64,000 nucleotides of DNA from Malacoraja senta (Eukaryota), in NCBI GenBank assembly GCA_038087875.1, contig CM075989.1, positions 14,076,001 through 14,140,000 on the forward strand. The letters are read 5' to 3'. A program made the position numbers and the translations under genes. This document shows, piece after piece, positions 1 to 12,221 of this stretch; positions within the stretch are counted from its first letter, which is position 1; each line of letters opens with the position of its first letter. The notes under the pieces were generated by a model that did no database searches, was not told the origin of the DNA, and saw only the letters and a program-made list of their open reading frames with translations.

Positions 1-520
1 ATTGAAGGATATGTTCTTGCGCTCAGATCCTGAATATACAGAGTGCTCTTGGGAAAAAGTTCAGGTACAAGATGCAACTCAACCATTAAATGTGAAAAAA
101 AAACAGTTAACTGCAATGAAGCATCTTGTTCTATAAGAAATGATGTTGTGGATGGATTGGAGTCCAGTGATCTTTCTGAAAGGTATTTATCAAGTGAAGA
201 TAACAGAGAAACAAAAGTTAAGAATGGCTCTTCAGATGAGTCTTTTCAACCATATTGGAAGAAGAAGAGTAAGTTACCAGTTAAACGTGGCCGGAAACCA
301 AAGTCAAACTTGGAAAGGGAAGATTTCCCCACCATGTATCGATGTCAGTATAAGGGTTGCTGTGCTGTTTACAGAGGAGTTGATGAACTTAAGAAACATA
401 TAAAAGAGCAGCATGAAGAGGTACGTGAAAGACCTTGCCCCCACCCAGGAGGTAACAAGGTGTTTCTGATTGATCGCTACCAGCAGCACCATGTAAAGCT
501 GATCCATACAGAAGAAAGAA
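1..520 (+). pseudogene. ZNF276: Processed fragment of zinc finger protein 276
   Basis: ORF 43-588 contains SDLSE, SSDESFQPY and EREDFPTMYRCQYKGCCAVYRGVDELKKHIKEQHEEVRERPCPHPGGNKVFLIDRYQQHHVKLIHTE, matching ZNF276 fingers 1-2 as recalled. No introns; one zinc-ligand Cys is changed to Gly. Confidence 0.85.
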
Positions 521-690
521 CATCTTTACAGATCAGGAGGAAGTGCAAAGCCTTTGGTCACAACTTCGGGAAGACAAACCACATTTGATCAACAATCTTG
601 AAGCATTTTGAGCTCTATCGTATGACCAAGGGTCTAGAGAGAGAGAAGCTGAACATTTTGAAACAGATGGAGCTCTTGAAAGAGATTATG
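519..690 (+). pseudogene. Two joined fragments of a CRACR2A/CRACR2B/RAB44-family coiled-coil region
   Basis: 519-608 reads [30 protein letters not shown] (cf. CRACR2A [23 protein letters not shown]). 610-690 reads [25 protein letters not shown] (cf. [25 protein letters not shown]). The intervening part is deleted; the paralog is uncertain. Confidence 0.65.
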
Positions 691-1385
691 CATAACCCTA
701 TCCAGGAAGACAATGACTCTGACCTGGTGGGTAATCAGTGTGATGACAATCAGGACATTGATGAGGATGGCAATGATGGCGTTTCTGATGAGAAGGACAA
801 TTGCCGTTTTGTTCCCAACCCTGACCAGATCGATGCCGATGGTGACAGCAGAGGAGACAACTGCAAAGACGACTTTGACAACAACATCCCAGATATCTAT
901 GACATGTGCCCCGAGAACAGTGCCATCAGTGAGGCTGACCTGAGGAAGTTCCAAAGGGGACGATGCAGATTGTTCCTAAGTGGGTAGTGCACAACAAGGG
1001 CAGGTAGTGCACAACAATGTTACCTTCTACGTCAACAGAGACCACAATCTATGCTGGCTTTGTCTTTGGCTTGCAGTCCAGCAGCCGCTTCTACGTGGTG
1101 ATGTGGAAGCAGGCCATCCAAACCTACTGGGAGGAGAAGCTGTCCAAACCCATGGATACGCTAGCGTCTAGACCAAGGTGATGAACCCCACCACAGGATA
1201 AGAGGGGGGAGCACCTCACCTGTGCAACGATCTACGAAGAGACTGGCAACACCCTCGGACAGGTGCGAACTTTATGGCACAACCCCAATATCGGCTGAAA
1301 GGATTACACCGCCTACAGGTGGCACCTGATCCATTGACCCTAAACAAGCTTCATCAGGATGGTTGTCAATGGTTGTCAATGAAGA
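691..1385 (+). pseudogene. THBS2: Processed, decayed thrombospondin-2-like fragment (type 3 repeats plus C-terminal domain)
   Basis: [27 protein letters not shown] / [19 protein letters not shown]...[22 protein letters not shown], then in shifting frames [31 protein letters not shown] and TGNTLGQVRTLWH..IG*KDYTAYRWHL. No introns; has stops, frameshifts and internal deletions. Closer to THBS2 than THBS1 by recalled residues. Confidence 0.8.
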
Positions 1386-1391
1386 GAGTGA

Positions 1392-1557
1392 GAACTGGTT
1401 GCCAGTTGGTTTGATGGACTTTGGGGTAGTATTGAACTGGTAGCCATACCTTTTGTTTGATGGACTTTGGGGTACTGTGATATATTATGGCTCTATCATT
1501 CTGCTAATCATTGCTCTAATACTTGCGACCATTGTGTATACCTACCGAGGACTGTGA
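1392..1557 (+). pseudogene. Retroviral Env transmembrane-anchor-like remnant
   Basis: Duplicated (SW/L)FDGLWG motif followed by hydrophobic TVIYYGSIILLIIALILATIVY then TYRGL*. Its position upstream of the PPT/LTR fits the end of env. Confidence 0.4.
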
Positions 1558-2112
1558 ATGTTATCACATTTGATAAAAAGCAGGGAATGAAAGAGCTAAT
1601 AGTCAAATCTAAATTGGAGTCATTCTTCTACAAAAGCATGGCCTAGAAAAACAAAAGAATGACATTGTAAATTATATGGAACACAATATGGAGGACAGAT
1701 TGTCTTTTCAATAAAGACATTAAGATGGTAGCCTGCGTAATAACATGTGCTTCTTTTCAAGGCCATAAAGATGCCAAGATTGAAAAAAATAGCTGATGCT
1801 CCAGAGATAAGTAATAACTTGTTATTGGATGAGCTTGATTTGGACCCAGCTTTCTTATATTCTGAAAGGCTGCAGAATATTTCAGTCATGCCATATTCAG
1901 ACTTGGTAGGAGTGTTATACTGATAAGAAAAATGTATAATTATGCTAATTGTCCTTTGTTCTGTGAGTGGGAGCCCGAGAAGCACTGAGCAACGTTTGTG
2001 CTCATTGTAGATCGCCACTCCCATCTGACGAATCAATTAAAGATTCGTGGTTTTACCTTTAACAGTTTTTGTTACTATCTGCTTTTAAGAAACGAACTTT
2101 GACAAAGGGGAA

Positions 2113-2488
2113 TGATGTCCGTTATTACCAATAACGATATAATGGATTAAGGTATTATAATTGTATGTAGTTGAAATAATGTGATAGTTAATATACAGAA
2201 AGACACAGAGTGCTGGAGTAACTCAGTGGGTCAGGCAGCATCGCTGGAGATTATGAAGTCTGCTGAATTACTTCAGCACTTTGTGTCGTTTCACCTTAAA
2301 ACGAGGGCCGATGCCACCAGTCTGCACAAGCAAGCCTTTCTTCACCGGTTGAAGCGGCTGTTGTTCCGACTCCTGTTGTAAATACCAACATTACGCGCCT
2401 CGTCTCCGTGGGGCTCCCTCCCCTCTCGCCTGACGCTTTGTCTATTGATGGCTGAATAGTTTGTGCTGTTATCTGTTATAGAACATCA
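2113..2488 (+). repeat. Putative 3' LTR of the ERV-like element
   Basis: Directly follows the purine tract; 6-bp terminal inverted repeat TGATGT...ACATCA; contains a short hairpin-repeat insertion at 2202-2287. The partner LTR is not in the window. Confidence 0.6.
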
Positions 2489-3391
2489 GTTAAGTATTTT
2501 TTAACAAGTATAAGAAGTTACCAATATGGAGAAAAAAAGTTACGCATCTTTTAATATTTTGTGGAATTGGAAGAAGTTCTTCATTAAACCTCCAGAGGTC
2601 GTAGCAGTATTATAAATAGTTCAACTGCTAACAATGCTGTCACCATTTTTATTAGATTTGTACCACAGTCAATTGTCATTTTTCAGAAGTTTCAGTGTAC
2701 ATCTGAATGACATTAGATTTGTGGATTTTATGCTATCTGCTTGTCCAACCACCCTTTCTTTGCAGGTCTGTCTGACATTTTTTTTAGAACTAAAAATACA
2801 AAGCTATGTATTTGTAGGTGAGCTTAATCCAGAGTAGCACAGTGTGCCCATTTCTGGGTGACTTGGAACTCACAGGACCCTTGGCATTTCTGTTGCATTT
2901 TAATTTGTTGTCTTTCCTTTCCACCCCTCTCACCCGCAAAGTATTGTCAATAATAGTGTTCTGGCCAGAATTTTTCTCCAGTAAAACTTGTAGTTTAAAA
3001 AAAAAAAAGACAATTCTTATTTAATCACAGAGCAACCAGTTTATACTAATCTTATTTCTCTTGAGACTCTGGTGTTTAAAGGACAAGCTTTCAACCTGCA
3101 TTATGTGTTCTCACTGAGGTCTGTGCCCCCCCCCCCCCCCACCCCACCCCCCGTGACTGAAATGCAGCCTAATTTATTTATGTGTCTGTTTATTTTTTTA
3201 CATATATATTCCATTTTGGGACATATGACAATAAAAAACTCTTGACTTTATGTGTCTGCCTGGATTGATTTCCCTGTGGAGGCCAAGGTCACAGTCATTT
3301 TCTACTTCCAAACGGGATAATACCAGGTTGAAATCTGACATACCTTACAGTTTGCTGCTCACTACTGCATCAAGGAGTGCACCTAAACTCT

Positions 3392-4250
3392 TCAAGTCAA
3401 GTTTATTGCTCAGATGCAAGTACAGTGAGGTAAAGAACAATGAAAATCTTGCTTACAGCAGCATCACAGGAACAGTGCTTAGCGAAGATACAAAAAATAT
3501 AAATTGCACATAAATTCTACAAGACAATGAGAGGAAAAAGACTGCAAAAAACAAGACATTAGTGTAGAAATATGTAATTAGAAAACAAGTCCATGATAGT
3601 GCAAGAGATGGTCCATTTTGTTCTGTTGCTGATGTAGGATTAGGATTGCTCAGGTTGGTTTAAGAATCTGATATTTGCATTTCAGTAGCTGTTCCTGAAC
3701 CATTATTCTGTAGTTACCGCCTATTGGTAGCAGTGAGAAGGGGGTATGGCCCCTTGGAGGGGAAACATGATTGATGGATGCCACCTTCTCGAGGCAATGC
3801 CTTGTACAGATGGGCTAGGCTGAGTACATCACTCTGTAGCCTCATGCATACCCATGCATTGGAGTTGCCATACCAGGCCATGATGCAACCAATCAGGATA
3901 CTTTCTACAGTACATTTGTAGACATTTGTTAGAGTATTCAGTGACATGCCTTACCTCTTCAAACGTCTCAGAACGTAGAGGTGCTGGCATGCCTTTTTCA
4001 CAATTGCATCGATGTGCTGGGCCCAGGACAGGTCATTGGAGATGTTAAATGCTGTTAACTCAACTGCCAACACACCAATGAAAACTGGCACATGGTTTCC
4101 TGACTTCCCCTTTCTGAAGTCAACGATTAGTTCCTTGGTTTTGGTGATGCTCAGTGAGAAGTTGTTGTTTGGTTCCACTCAACCCAGTGTTTTATTTCTC
4201 TCTGGTATGCTGACTCATCACCACCCATTATTTGGCCAACTAGTTGTGTA
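3392..4250 (-). mobile_element. Rex1/Babar-like LINE, decayed 3' fragment
   Basis: Minus ORFs with KTKELIVDFRK, DLSWAQHIDAIVKKACQHLYVLRRLKR and YKCTVESILIGCIMAWYGN. Confidence 0.8.
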
Positions 4251-5397
4251 GTTGATGATTTTATAAAGTGAGTTTGTACAGAGCAGACCAGTGCCTTTTG
4301 GCCCACCCATTTATACTAATCCCACTTGCCTGCATTAATTTAATTTCCCTATTTGTCTCGCTCATTAAAGTACCTGTCTGGATGCCTTTTGCTACTGTAC
4401 AACCTCCACCACTTCTTATGACAGCTCATTCTGGGTCAACTAAAACCTGTTCTTGTTAACCTTTTCTGCAGCCTCTCTAGCTTAATCACATCTTCCCTGT
4501 AGTGTGGTGACCAGAACTTCACAATTCACATTCCAAATGTAGTCCAACTAACATTTTGTACAAAGTCATAAAGTTGACAGGCAGAATATATTTCCCAGTG
4601 TGAAAACATCAAAGACTAGAGGGAATAGGTTTAACGTCAAAGGGGAAAAGTTCTAAAATGTGAGGGAAACGTTTTTTATGCAGAGTTATGTGAGGGAAAC
4701 ATTTTTTATGCAGAGTTATGGGTGCCTGGAATGTGATGCAAGGCCTGAAGGATGAAGCGTGTAAGATGGTGGTGTTCAAGAGGCTTTTAGACAGACATAT
4801 AGATATACAGGAAATAGATAACCTGGTGGCGGTGGAGATTTGTTTAATTTGGCATCCCATTCGGCACTGACATTGCAGGCCAAAGGGCCTGTTCCTGTTC
4901 CCCCTTGCCAAATGCCCCTTTACCTGCAAACAGGCTTTTTCAGTTCACCTTTTGGGAGTTCCTCCTCTTGTCAATTTAGCCCAGTGGATGGCACAGGGAG
5001 TAATCCTGAGATTACAATAATTGTGGTTCTGCATTTTAAACTTCTGGATGTCACCCGGTTATTCATTTTTCAGGGGATCTCTTTCTTGCCTGTCGTTGGT
5101 ACAACTACGGGCCATGACCTATGGTTGCTCCCCCCATCACTTTACCGAATGTTAAGAATTTTTCAGCCAAATATATTAAGAGACAATGTACATAGCGTAT
5201 TGTATGTAGTTGGTACCAGATCAGCTATTATCTTTCTGAATGGTCAGACTGGTTCAAGGGGCATATAGCCTCCACCAGGCCCTGTGTTCAATTAATATTT
5301 CTTCATGCAAGAATTCGAAACAATTTTCAATGTTTCCAATTTTCAATGGTCATATTTCACTTATAATCGTTTAATTATTTTATTATGTCACCTGCAG

Positions 5398-5542
5398 ATA
5401 GCACTTGCGAAGACTTAGATTGTGACTTTACACGTGATCATAATAGTCCATCAATAAAAGTTGGAAATGGACAAGTGAAGCAACTTTCTCGGTTGACTGA
5501 CTTGAACATCAAGACCAAATGGACACAGGGGAAAGGATTAAG
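5398..5542 (+). CDS. Internal coding exon of an unidentified host gene (phase 1 to phase 2)
   Basis: cctgcag acceptor, AG/gtagca donor, open frame (D)STCEDLDCDFTRDHNSPSIKVGNGQVKQLSRLTDLNIKTKWTQGKGL(R); phase matches the next exon. Confidence 0.6.
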
Positions 5543-6511
5543 GTAGCATATACATTTATAAGTACATCTTTTTTTAAAAAAAAGATTTTAAATTGATGCT
5601 GAAATTGTTTGTTTTGCACGGCCTGTGGCTGATTCTTGAATTTTCCAAAGATATCTATTTCAGACTGTAATTTAAAAAAATGAACACAGAGCTTATTCTA
5701 TTTGTGAGGTACCTTGAAGTAATTTCAAGATGATTGTACTAGTATTTAAAGAATGCATGTTAATATGTGGAAACATCTGTGCATATGTAAATGAAAGTCC
5801 AAACATGTGCTCAAAGAAAACTGTAAGATCAATATATCTTGAGGCAGCCAACACCATTCCACGTTTAAAGACAATCCTGATTACTGCCAAGCCTAAATCC
5901 TCATTTTCTTTTCCATCGACACTTGCCTAGTCCCAACCTCTTGAACTTTTGAGTCTCCAGACGTTGCAGCAAGTTATCAACCCTGGCACTCGCTCATCCC
6001 AGAGCTGCTGTGATGCAAGCACTTGAACTTCTGCCATTCTTGCTGAATTGCTGTGTTAGGTTTTGTGCTTTAGGAACTATAAAAATGTATACAACTACTA
6101 GACATTTCTTTCTTATGACCTGGAGATATTACACACTTTAATTCTCAAGGCATTGTCACTGTAAAAGAAATTGAAGTTGCAATTGGAGGTAATGAGTCCT
6201 TATTTTGTGGATGCGAGGAGTAGTATAGCAGGCTGAGTGGGAACCTTTAGAGATTTATAAAATCATGAGGGGCATGGATATCATGAATGGTCACAGCCTT
6301 TGTCCAGCTTTGGGGAATTTAAAACTAGATAGAGTGTGTAGGTTTAAGGTAAGAGGGAAAGATTTAAAGGGGATCTGAGAGGCAACATTTTCATACAGAA
6401 GATGGTCAGAATAATCTGCCAGAGGAAGTTGTAAAGGAGTGTACAGTACAATTTTTAAAAGACATTTGAATAGGTACATGGATGGAAATGGTTGAGAGGG
6501 ATATAGGCCAC

Positions 6512-6603
<92 letters not shown>

Positions 6604-7335
6604 GTTTATTGGCCAAGTATTCACATACAAGGAATTTGCCTTGGTGCTCTGCCTGCAAGTGACAACATGACATACAGTGACAGTTAGGAATGACATATAA
6701 AACATTAAACATTAATAACAAAACATTATTGATTAAACATGTGAATTAAATAATATACCAGAGCAAAAGGAGGCTACAGATTTTTGGTTATTGAGTAGAG
6801 CTACTACTCGTGGGAAAAAAAACTGTTTTTATGTCTGGCTGTGGCAGCTTTGACAGTCTGGAGTCACCTTCCAGAGGGAAATGATTCAAAGAGTTCGTGG
6901 CCAGGGTGAGAGGGGTCAGAGATGATCTTACCCACTCGCTTCCTGGCCCTTGCAGTGCACAGTTCGTCAATGGAGGGAAGATTGCAGCCAATAACCTTTT
7001 CAGCTGATCGGACGATTCGTTGCAGTCTCCGGATGTCATGCTTGGTGGCTGAGCCAAAGCAGACCATGATGGAGAAGGTGAGGACAGACTCTACGATGGC
7101 CGTATAGAATTGGACTATCATTGCTTGTGGCAGATTGTGCTTCCTCAGCTGTCGCAGGAAGTACATCCTCTGTTGTGCCTTTTTGACTGTGGAGTCGATG
7201 GTAGCCCCCCACTTAAGGTCCTTGGAGTTGATGGTTCCAAATAACTTAAATGACTCCACAGATGTGACTGAGGTGTTGTTGATGGTGAGTGGGGTGAGGG
7301 AAGGGGAAGCTCTCCTAAAGTCTACAATCAATGCA
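6512..7335 (-). mobile_element. 5'-truncated Rex1/Babar-like LINE with a long (TTA)n tail, nested in a CR1 3' fragment
   Basis: ORF 6864-7346 (LIVDFRR...KKAQQRMYFLRQLRK...PSHPGHELFESFPSGR); (TAA)n at about 6512-6603 follows AATAAA on the minus strand. Confidence 0.85.
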
Positions 7336-10300
7336 AATGTATGCAAATGAGACCAGTTCAGGTCAGTACCTTAGTCGGCATAGACAAGTTGTGCCAAAAG
7401 GCCTGCTTCCATGTTGAATAACTGTGATTCAATAGTTTTCATATAAGAGATGTTATATGTTCATCTTCAACTATTGCTCTAACCTTTCTTTGTAACTTGG
7501 CAATCCTATACCAGTAATCTTTTTCTGCATGACCTTTTGCATTTAAATCGCTTTCCATTCTGAGCAACAAAGAATGGACACACTATGCAGGTATCATCTA
7601 ACCAGAGAACTGCCCCATTTCATTATGAATATTTCTTTGGTGTTGATCTACTGATACTATTTGTGGGTCTTCCATATGATGCTATGCCTGACATTCTCAA
7701 TACCATTATAAATGCTCCCTTTCCACCTGGTGTGGCTGAGCACCAGTGATTGCCCAGAATCAATGTTGTGATTTTTGCATTTTATTCCACGAAGGCTTTG
7801 ATCAAATCAGGATGAACTTGTAATGAGATCTAATGAAACATCTGATGTCAAAGTGAATTTTAGTAAGCCGTGGCAATATTTCGTGGAATTACATGCAGTA
7901 CACATGATAAGTGTAACGGATGATGTGGTTTACATTAATCGTTATTAAATATATCAAAGGTTGTAGTTCATCAGCTGGATCATCGTTTTTTATTGGAATT
8001 AATAGGATTGGTGTTTAACTGCCATTTCAGTGATGATGAGCATTCATGGCCCATAGAGGGAAGAGTGGACTGCAATCAAATATTTGGCAGTACCACCTTA
8101 AAGCTGAAGCTGGTACCAAATATCAACTTTATTTTTCGTTTTGGCTGTCATATCAATAAAAACATTGAGGCATGATTGCACATTGAGAGGATGTTGTTGC
8201 AGTAAAAGTTAATAGAAACTTTGGTGGAATAAGACATCTTCACGATTGTTTACAGTCATGACGGACCCGGAATGTTTCAGGGTTGTGCACTGCTGTTATA
8301 ATTGAAGTGGGAGAAAGGGAAAGCGTACAGTAGTAAAGACAGCCGCAGCTAATAATGGAACGCTCTTGTGAGAGTAACTGCCAAGTATTTTAATTGGATC
8401 TTTCAGCCAGAGGCAGGTGTCTAGTTGATGACAGTCAAATTGGTTTGATGGTAAGTTTTAAAGTGGATGAGCTGTACTGCCAAACAAAATCAGATTGTGT
8501 TTTGTAGTCAGAAACCGTGATGATTTGTTTTTATATTTAGCAGAGCAGCCCAGAATGGGGTTGCTCTTCAGCGAGAATGTTTTGCTGCCAAGCAGGAATG
8601 ATTTGTTTGTGAGCTTGGGAGTTGCTTTGCCAGCTGGGAATGATTGGTTTTCTTTGTGCTGGGGAGTTGTATCGGCGACAGGGATTAATATATTGTGCCT
8701 GAAAATGGTGATGTCAAATGAAAGTGATTCTTGTTACGTGCTAAGGAATTGCTTTCAAAGATACTGTTAAATTATACCATGTGGAATGAAAAACATAGTT
8801 AAAACAGCTGCATGAAAATGTGGCAGGACCGTAAAGCAGACTGAAACACAAAAAACAGATTGCTCAGGGCAGTATTGTGCCTTACAGCATCATATAATCT
8901 TAATTAACCAATGTTTACACTTAGCTGTGTCCTGAGACATTAATGGCATAATTCTATAGGAAATGTACTCAAATTGGGGAGATTAGTCATTATTTATGGT
9001 CAGGCCATGTGAATGCCCAAAATACTATGTTTTTAGATGCTCAATGATTGAGCACAGCTGTGATTCCAAATTCCATAGATTCAGCAAAGGTTTTTCTTTC
9101 CATCTCAATATTAAGTGGTTGACTCTGACCTGAGACTGTACCCCCTTTTCTAAACTCTCCAGCTGGAAGAAACGGCTTGTCAGCATTTAATCTATCAATT
9201 CCTCCAAGAATCATAGATGATTTAATAAAACCATCATTCATTGTTCTAAATTTCATTGTGTGTCAGAGAATCTTATTGGAAAATAGTCCTCTCATCCCAG
9301 GAACCAATCTAATGAGTCTCTGGTATAATACTAACATACCCTTCGTTGTGTACTGAGACCAAAACTGTGCATAGTACAATGTAGGAAGGAACTGCAGATG
9401 CTGGTTTACACCGAAGATAGACACAAAATGCTGGAGTAACTCAGTGGAGCAGGCGGCATCTCTCCATAGAAGGAATGGGTTTTGTTTCAGGTCAAGACCC
9501 TTCTTCAGACTGAGAGTCAGGGAGAGGGATACACAGTACTCCAGGGGGGTCTTGTCAAAGCCCCATCCAGCTGCAGCAAGGCTTGTTTACTCCTGCACTC
9601 CAACACACCTGTATTGAAGGCAAGAAAGTTAATAATTGCTTGCAACATCTGCATATTGATTTTGTGTTTTATGCGCTGGCAAACCCAGACACCTTGATGC
9701 AACAACACTTGCAGGTTTTCCCCCATTAAAATTATTCTGTTTTTGCTATTCTCCCTACAAGTGAATGAATGTATCTTCTGCCATCTTCTTGCCCAGTCAT
9801 TCATTTCTCATACATTCCTCATATTTTCCTCACAAAATAAACTTGATTGGTTGAATGCCCTCCTTCATTTCCAGCTTCTGCTTACTTTCCTGTCATTTAT
9901 TTCCACTTGCTTGCCCATTAACTTGATTTCCTTGCTAACCAACTATGCTAAGAGTAATTTGCAGTAGCCAATTAACCTACCAGCATGAGAATGGAAACTG
10001 GAGCATCCGGAGAAAACTAATGTGGTCACAGGGATAAATGTGCAAATTGCACACTGATGGCAGAGCTAATAGTGGATCTGTGTGACATCAATACTATCTG
10101 CTCTGCTGCTCTCCTGCCAATTTAACCATTTAGCTTTTGTAGATTCTTTGCATTCTCATGCTGGCTTATATTAGCAAGCTTTGGTACTTTAAGATTCTTT
10201 CCATCTAATACAGATGATTAACTGAAGGCCGAAGTACTGATCGTTGGAGCAGGAAACACCTTGCTGGAGCAGAGCATCTTGTAGTGGGGCTGTAAATTAC

Positions 10301-11445
10301 TGAACATTTTCTGGGCAAGTTAATGAGATCTTATTCCTAAAATTAACAGAAAAACTAAGGATAAAAATTAAAAACAAAAACACAGGTGTTAGAAATCTGG
10401 CATAAAAGGAGAAGTTGCTGGAAAACTCAGCAGGTCAGGCAGCATCCTTAGGGAGAGAAACAGTCAGTTGTAGACATCTAAAAATTAAAGTTAGGTATTG
10501 AATGCATGTGTGGGAATGAAAATGCATGTGTGGCAGTCCTGATGTGGCAGTAAACTAGCCAGTTATGAAGATTATCTGACTCTTACTCACATAAACGTCT
10601 GTTTGATTTGCAATCTTATATTTGCAATAAAGTTTGGTTTCTTATTTTTGTTTTGATCGAAATACTGGAAATTAGTTAAAACATTGCTTAGCACTTCATT
10701 CATTAAATGAAAGGTAAGCATTTGAAGTAAGAACTCAGCAAATTAAATCACCAGACAAGGTAGTTTACATTGATCCAGCTCGACCTAAAGTTTTAAAATA
10801 ATTTGTATTAAAAATGATTTGTATTTTGACGGGATACACCTCAGCCTGGTATGGCAACTGCTCTGCTCTTGATCGCCTGAACTTGCAGAGAGTGGTGAAC
10901 ACAGCCCGGTCCATCACAGGCTCGTCACTTCCTTCCATTTAGTTAATCTTCAAGAGAGAGTTAGATTTAGCTCTTAGGCCTAAGGGAATCAAGGAATATG
11001 GGGAAAAAGCCGGAATAGGGTACTGATTTTGGATGATCAGCCATGATCATATTGAATGGCGGTGCTGGCTCGAAGGGCCAAATGGCCTACTCCTGCACGT
11101 ATTTTCTATGTTTAATATTGTGTTGCATCAGGAAGACTGGAACTATCGTCAAGGATGCCTGCCACTCTGGCTGTTCCCTTATCTCTCTTCCATGTTCTGG
11201 GAGAAAGCACAGGAGCTTGAAAGCCAGAACACCAGAACAGCTTCTTCCCTACTGCTTTCTGATTCCTGAATCAATACCTCTTTCACACCCTCTTCCAGAG
11301 ATGCTGCCACGCATTCTAACACTCTACCTCATTTGGTTATTCTGTTATTGCACCTTTGCATTTTTTAGACTGCACTGCTATCTTTGCACCATTCTGCACT
11401 GTTTTGTATCTGTTGTATTTATTATTGTATCTGCAATTCGTGTGT

Positions 11446-11673
11446 TTAAGAAAGAACTGCAGATGCTGGAAAAATCGAAGGTAGACAAAAATGCTGGAGA
11501 ATCTCAGCGGGTGAGGCAGCATCTATGGAGCGAAGGAATAGGTGACGTTTCGGGTCGAGACCCTTCTTCAGAAGGGTCTGAAGAAGGGTCTCGACCCGAA
11601 ACGGCACCTATTCCTTCGCTCCATAGATGCTGCCTCACCTGCTGAGTTTCTCCAGCATTTTTGTCTACCTTAT
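11446..11673. mobile_element. Penelope-derived inverted-repeat (hairpin) element with hammerhead-like cores
   Basis: Inverted arms, each with CTGAAGAAGGGTCTCGACCCGAAAC; flanked by direct repeat AATTCGTGTGT (11435-11445, 11674-11684). Confidence 0.7.
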
Positions 11674-12221
11674 AATTCGTGTGTACTGGTTACTCTGAAC
11701 TTCATGCAAGCAAGGAATTTCTTTGCGCCCAGATGTATATGACAATAAACTAACCTGAATCTGTACTGAGTTCAATTGTTTTGTCTTGTTAATGTCTGCC
11801 CCCTCTTAAATTATCAAGGTTCTTAACGTGGACTTCCTCCGTCCATTTCAATAAAAAAACAGCCTGAATATGAATACATTGTCTGTTCTGTACTTCTTCA
11901 AACTATCTGTCAGTTTTGGGGACTGCCTGAGAAGAGTGTCAAGGTCACCTTATTCAGAGGCATACAGTATTTTATGAATGTTGTTCAACTTGGTTAATTC
12001 TATTACTATATTTTATTTCTAGTTTAAACTAATGTTTCTGATTCGCTTCAATGTTCTGAATTTATAGTTTTAAACAGAAAGCACTGGAACTTTTTGAATG
12101 AAAAATAGTTTTTCATGCATATGAAATAAATGATGGAAACCAAAATAAAAACAGAAAATGCTGGAAACACTCAGCATGTCAGGCAATGTGATTATGTAAC
12201 AAAAACAAGTTTTTGATCATC

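Larger units (their letters stand above)
1..2488 (+). mobile_element. 3' portion of an ERV-like LTR element carrying captured host cDNA fragments (5' end outside the window)
   Basis: Order on + strand: intron-less gene fragments (1-1385), env-TM-like remnant (1453-1557), purine tract AAAGGGGAA (2104-2112), then a segment bounded by TGATGT (2113) and ACATCA (2488). Confidence 0.65.

Noticed and set aside
1620..2036. 138-aa minus-strand ORF with a hydrophobic stretch
   Set aside because: Non-ATG start, antisense to the element, no recognisable motif.
4657..4720. Short local tandem duplications (also near 30141-30195 and 40186-40240)
   Set aside because: Ordinary slippage duplications within decayed CR1 fragments.
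6406..6721. Poly-Ile and poly-Tyr ORFs
   Set aside because: Translations of the (TAA)n tail of a Rex1-like LINE.
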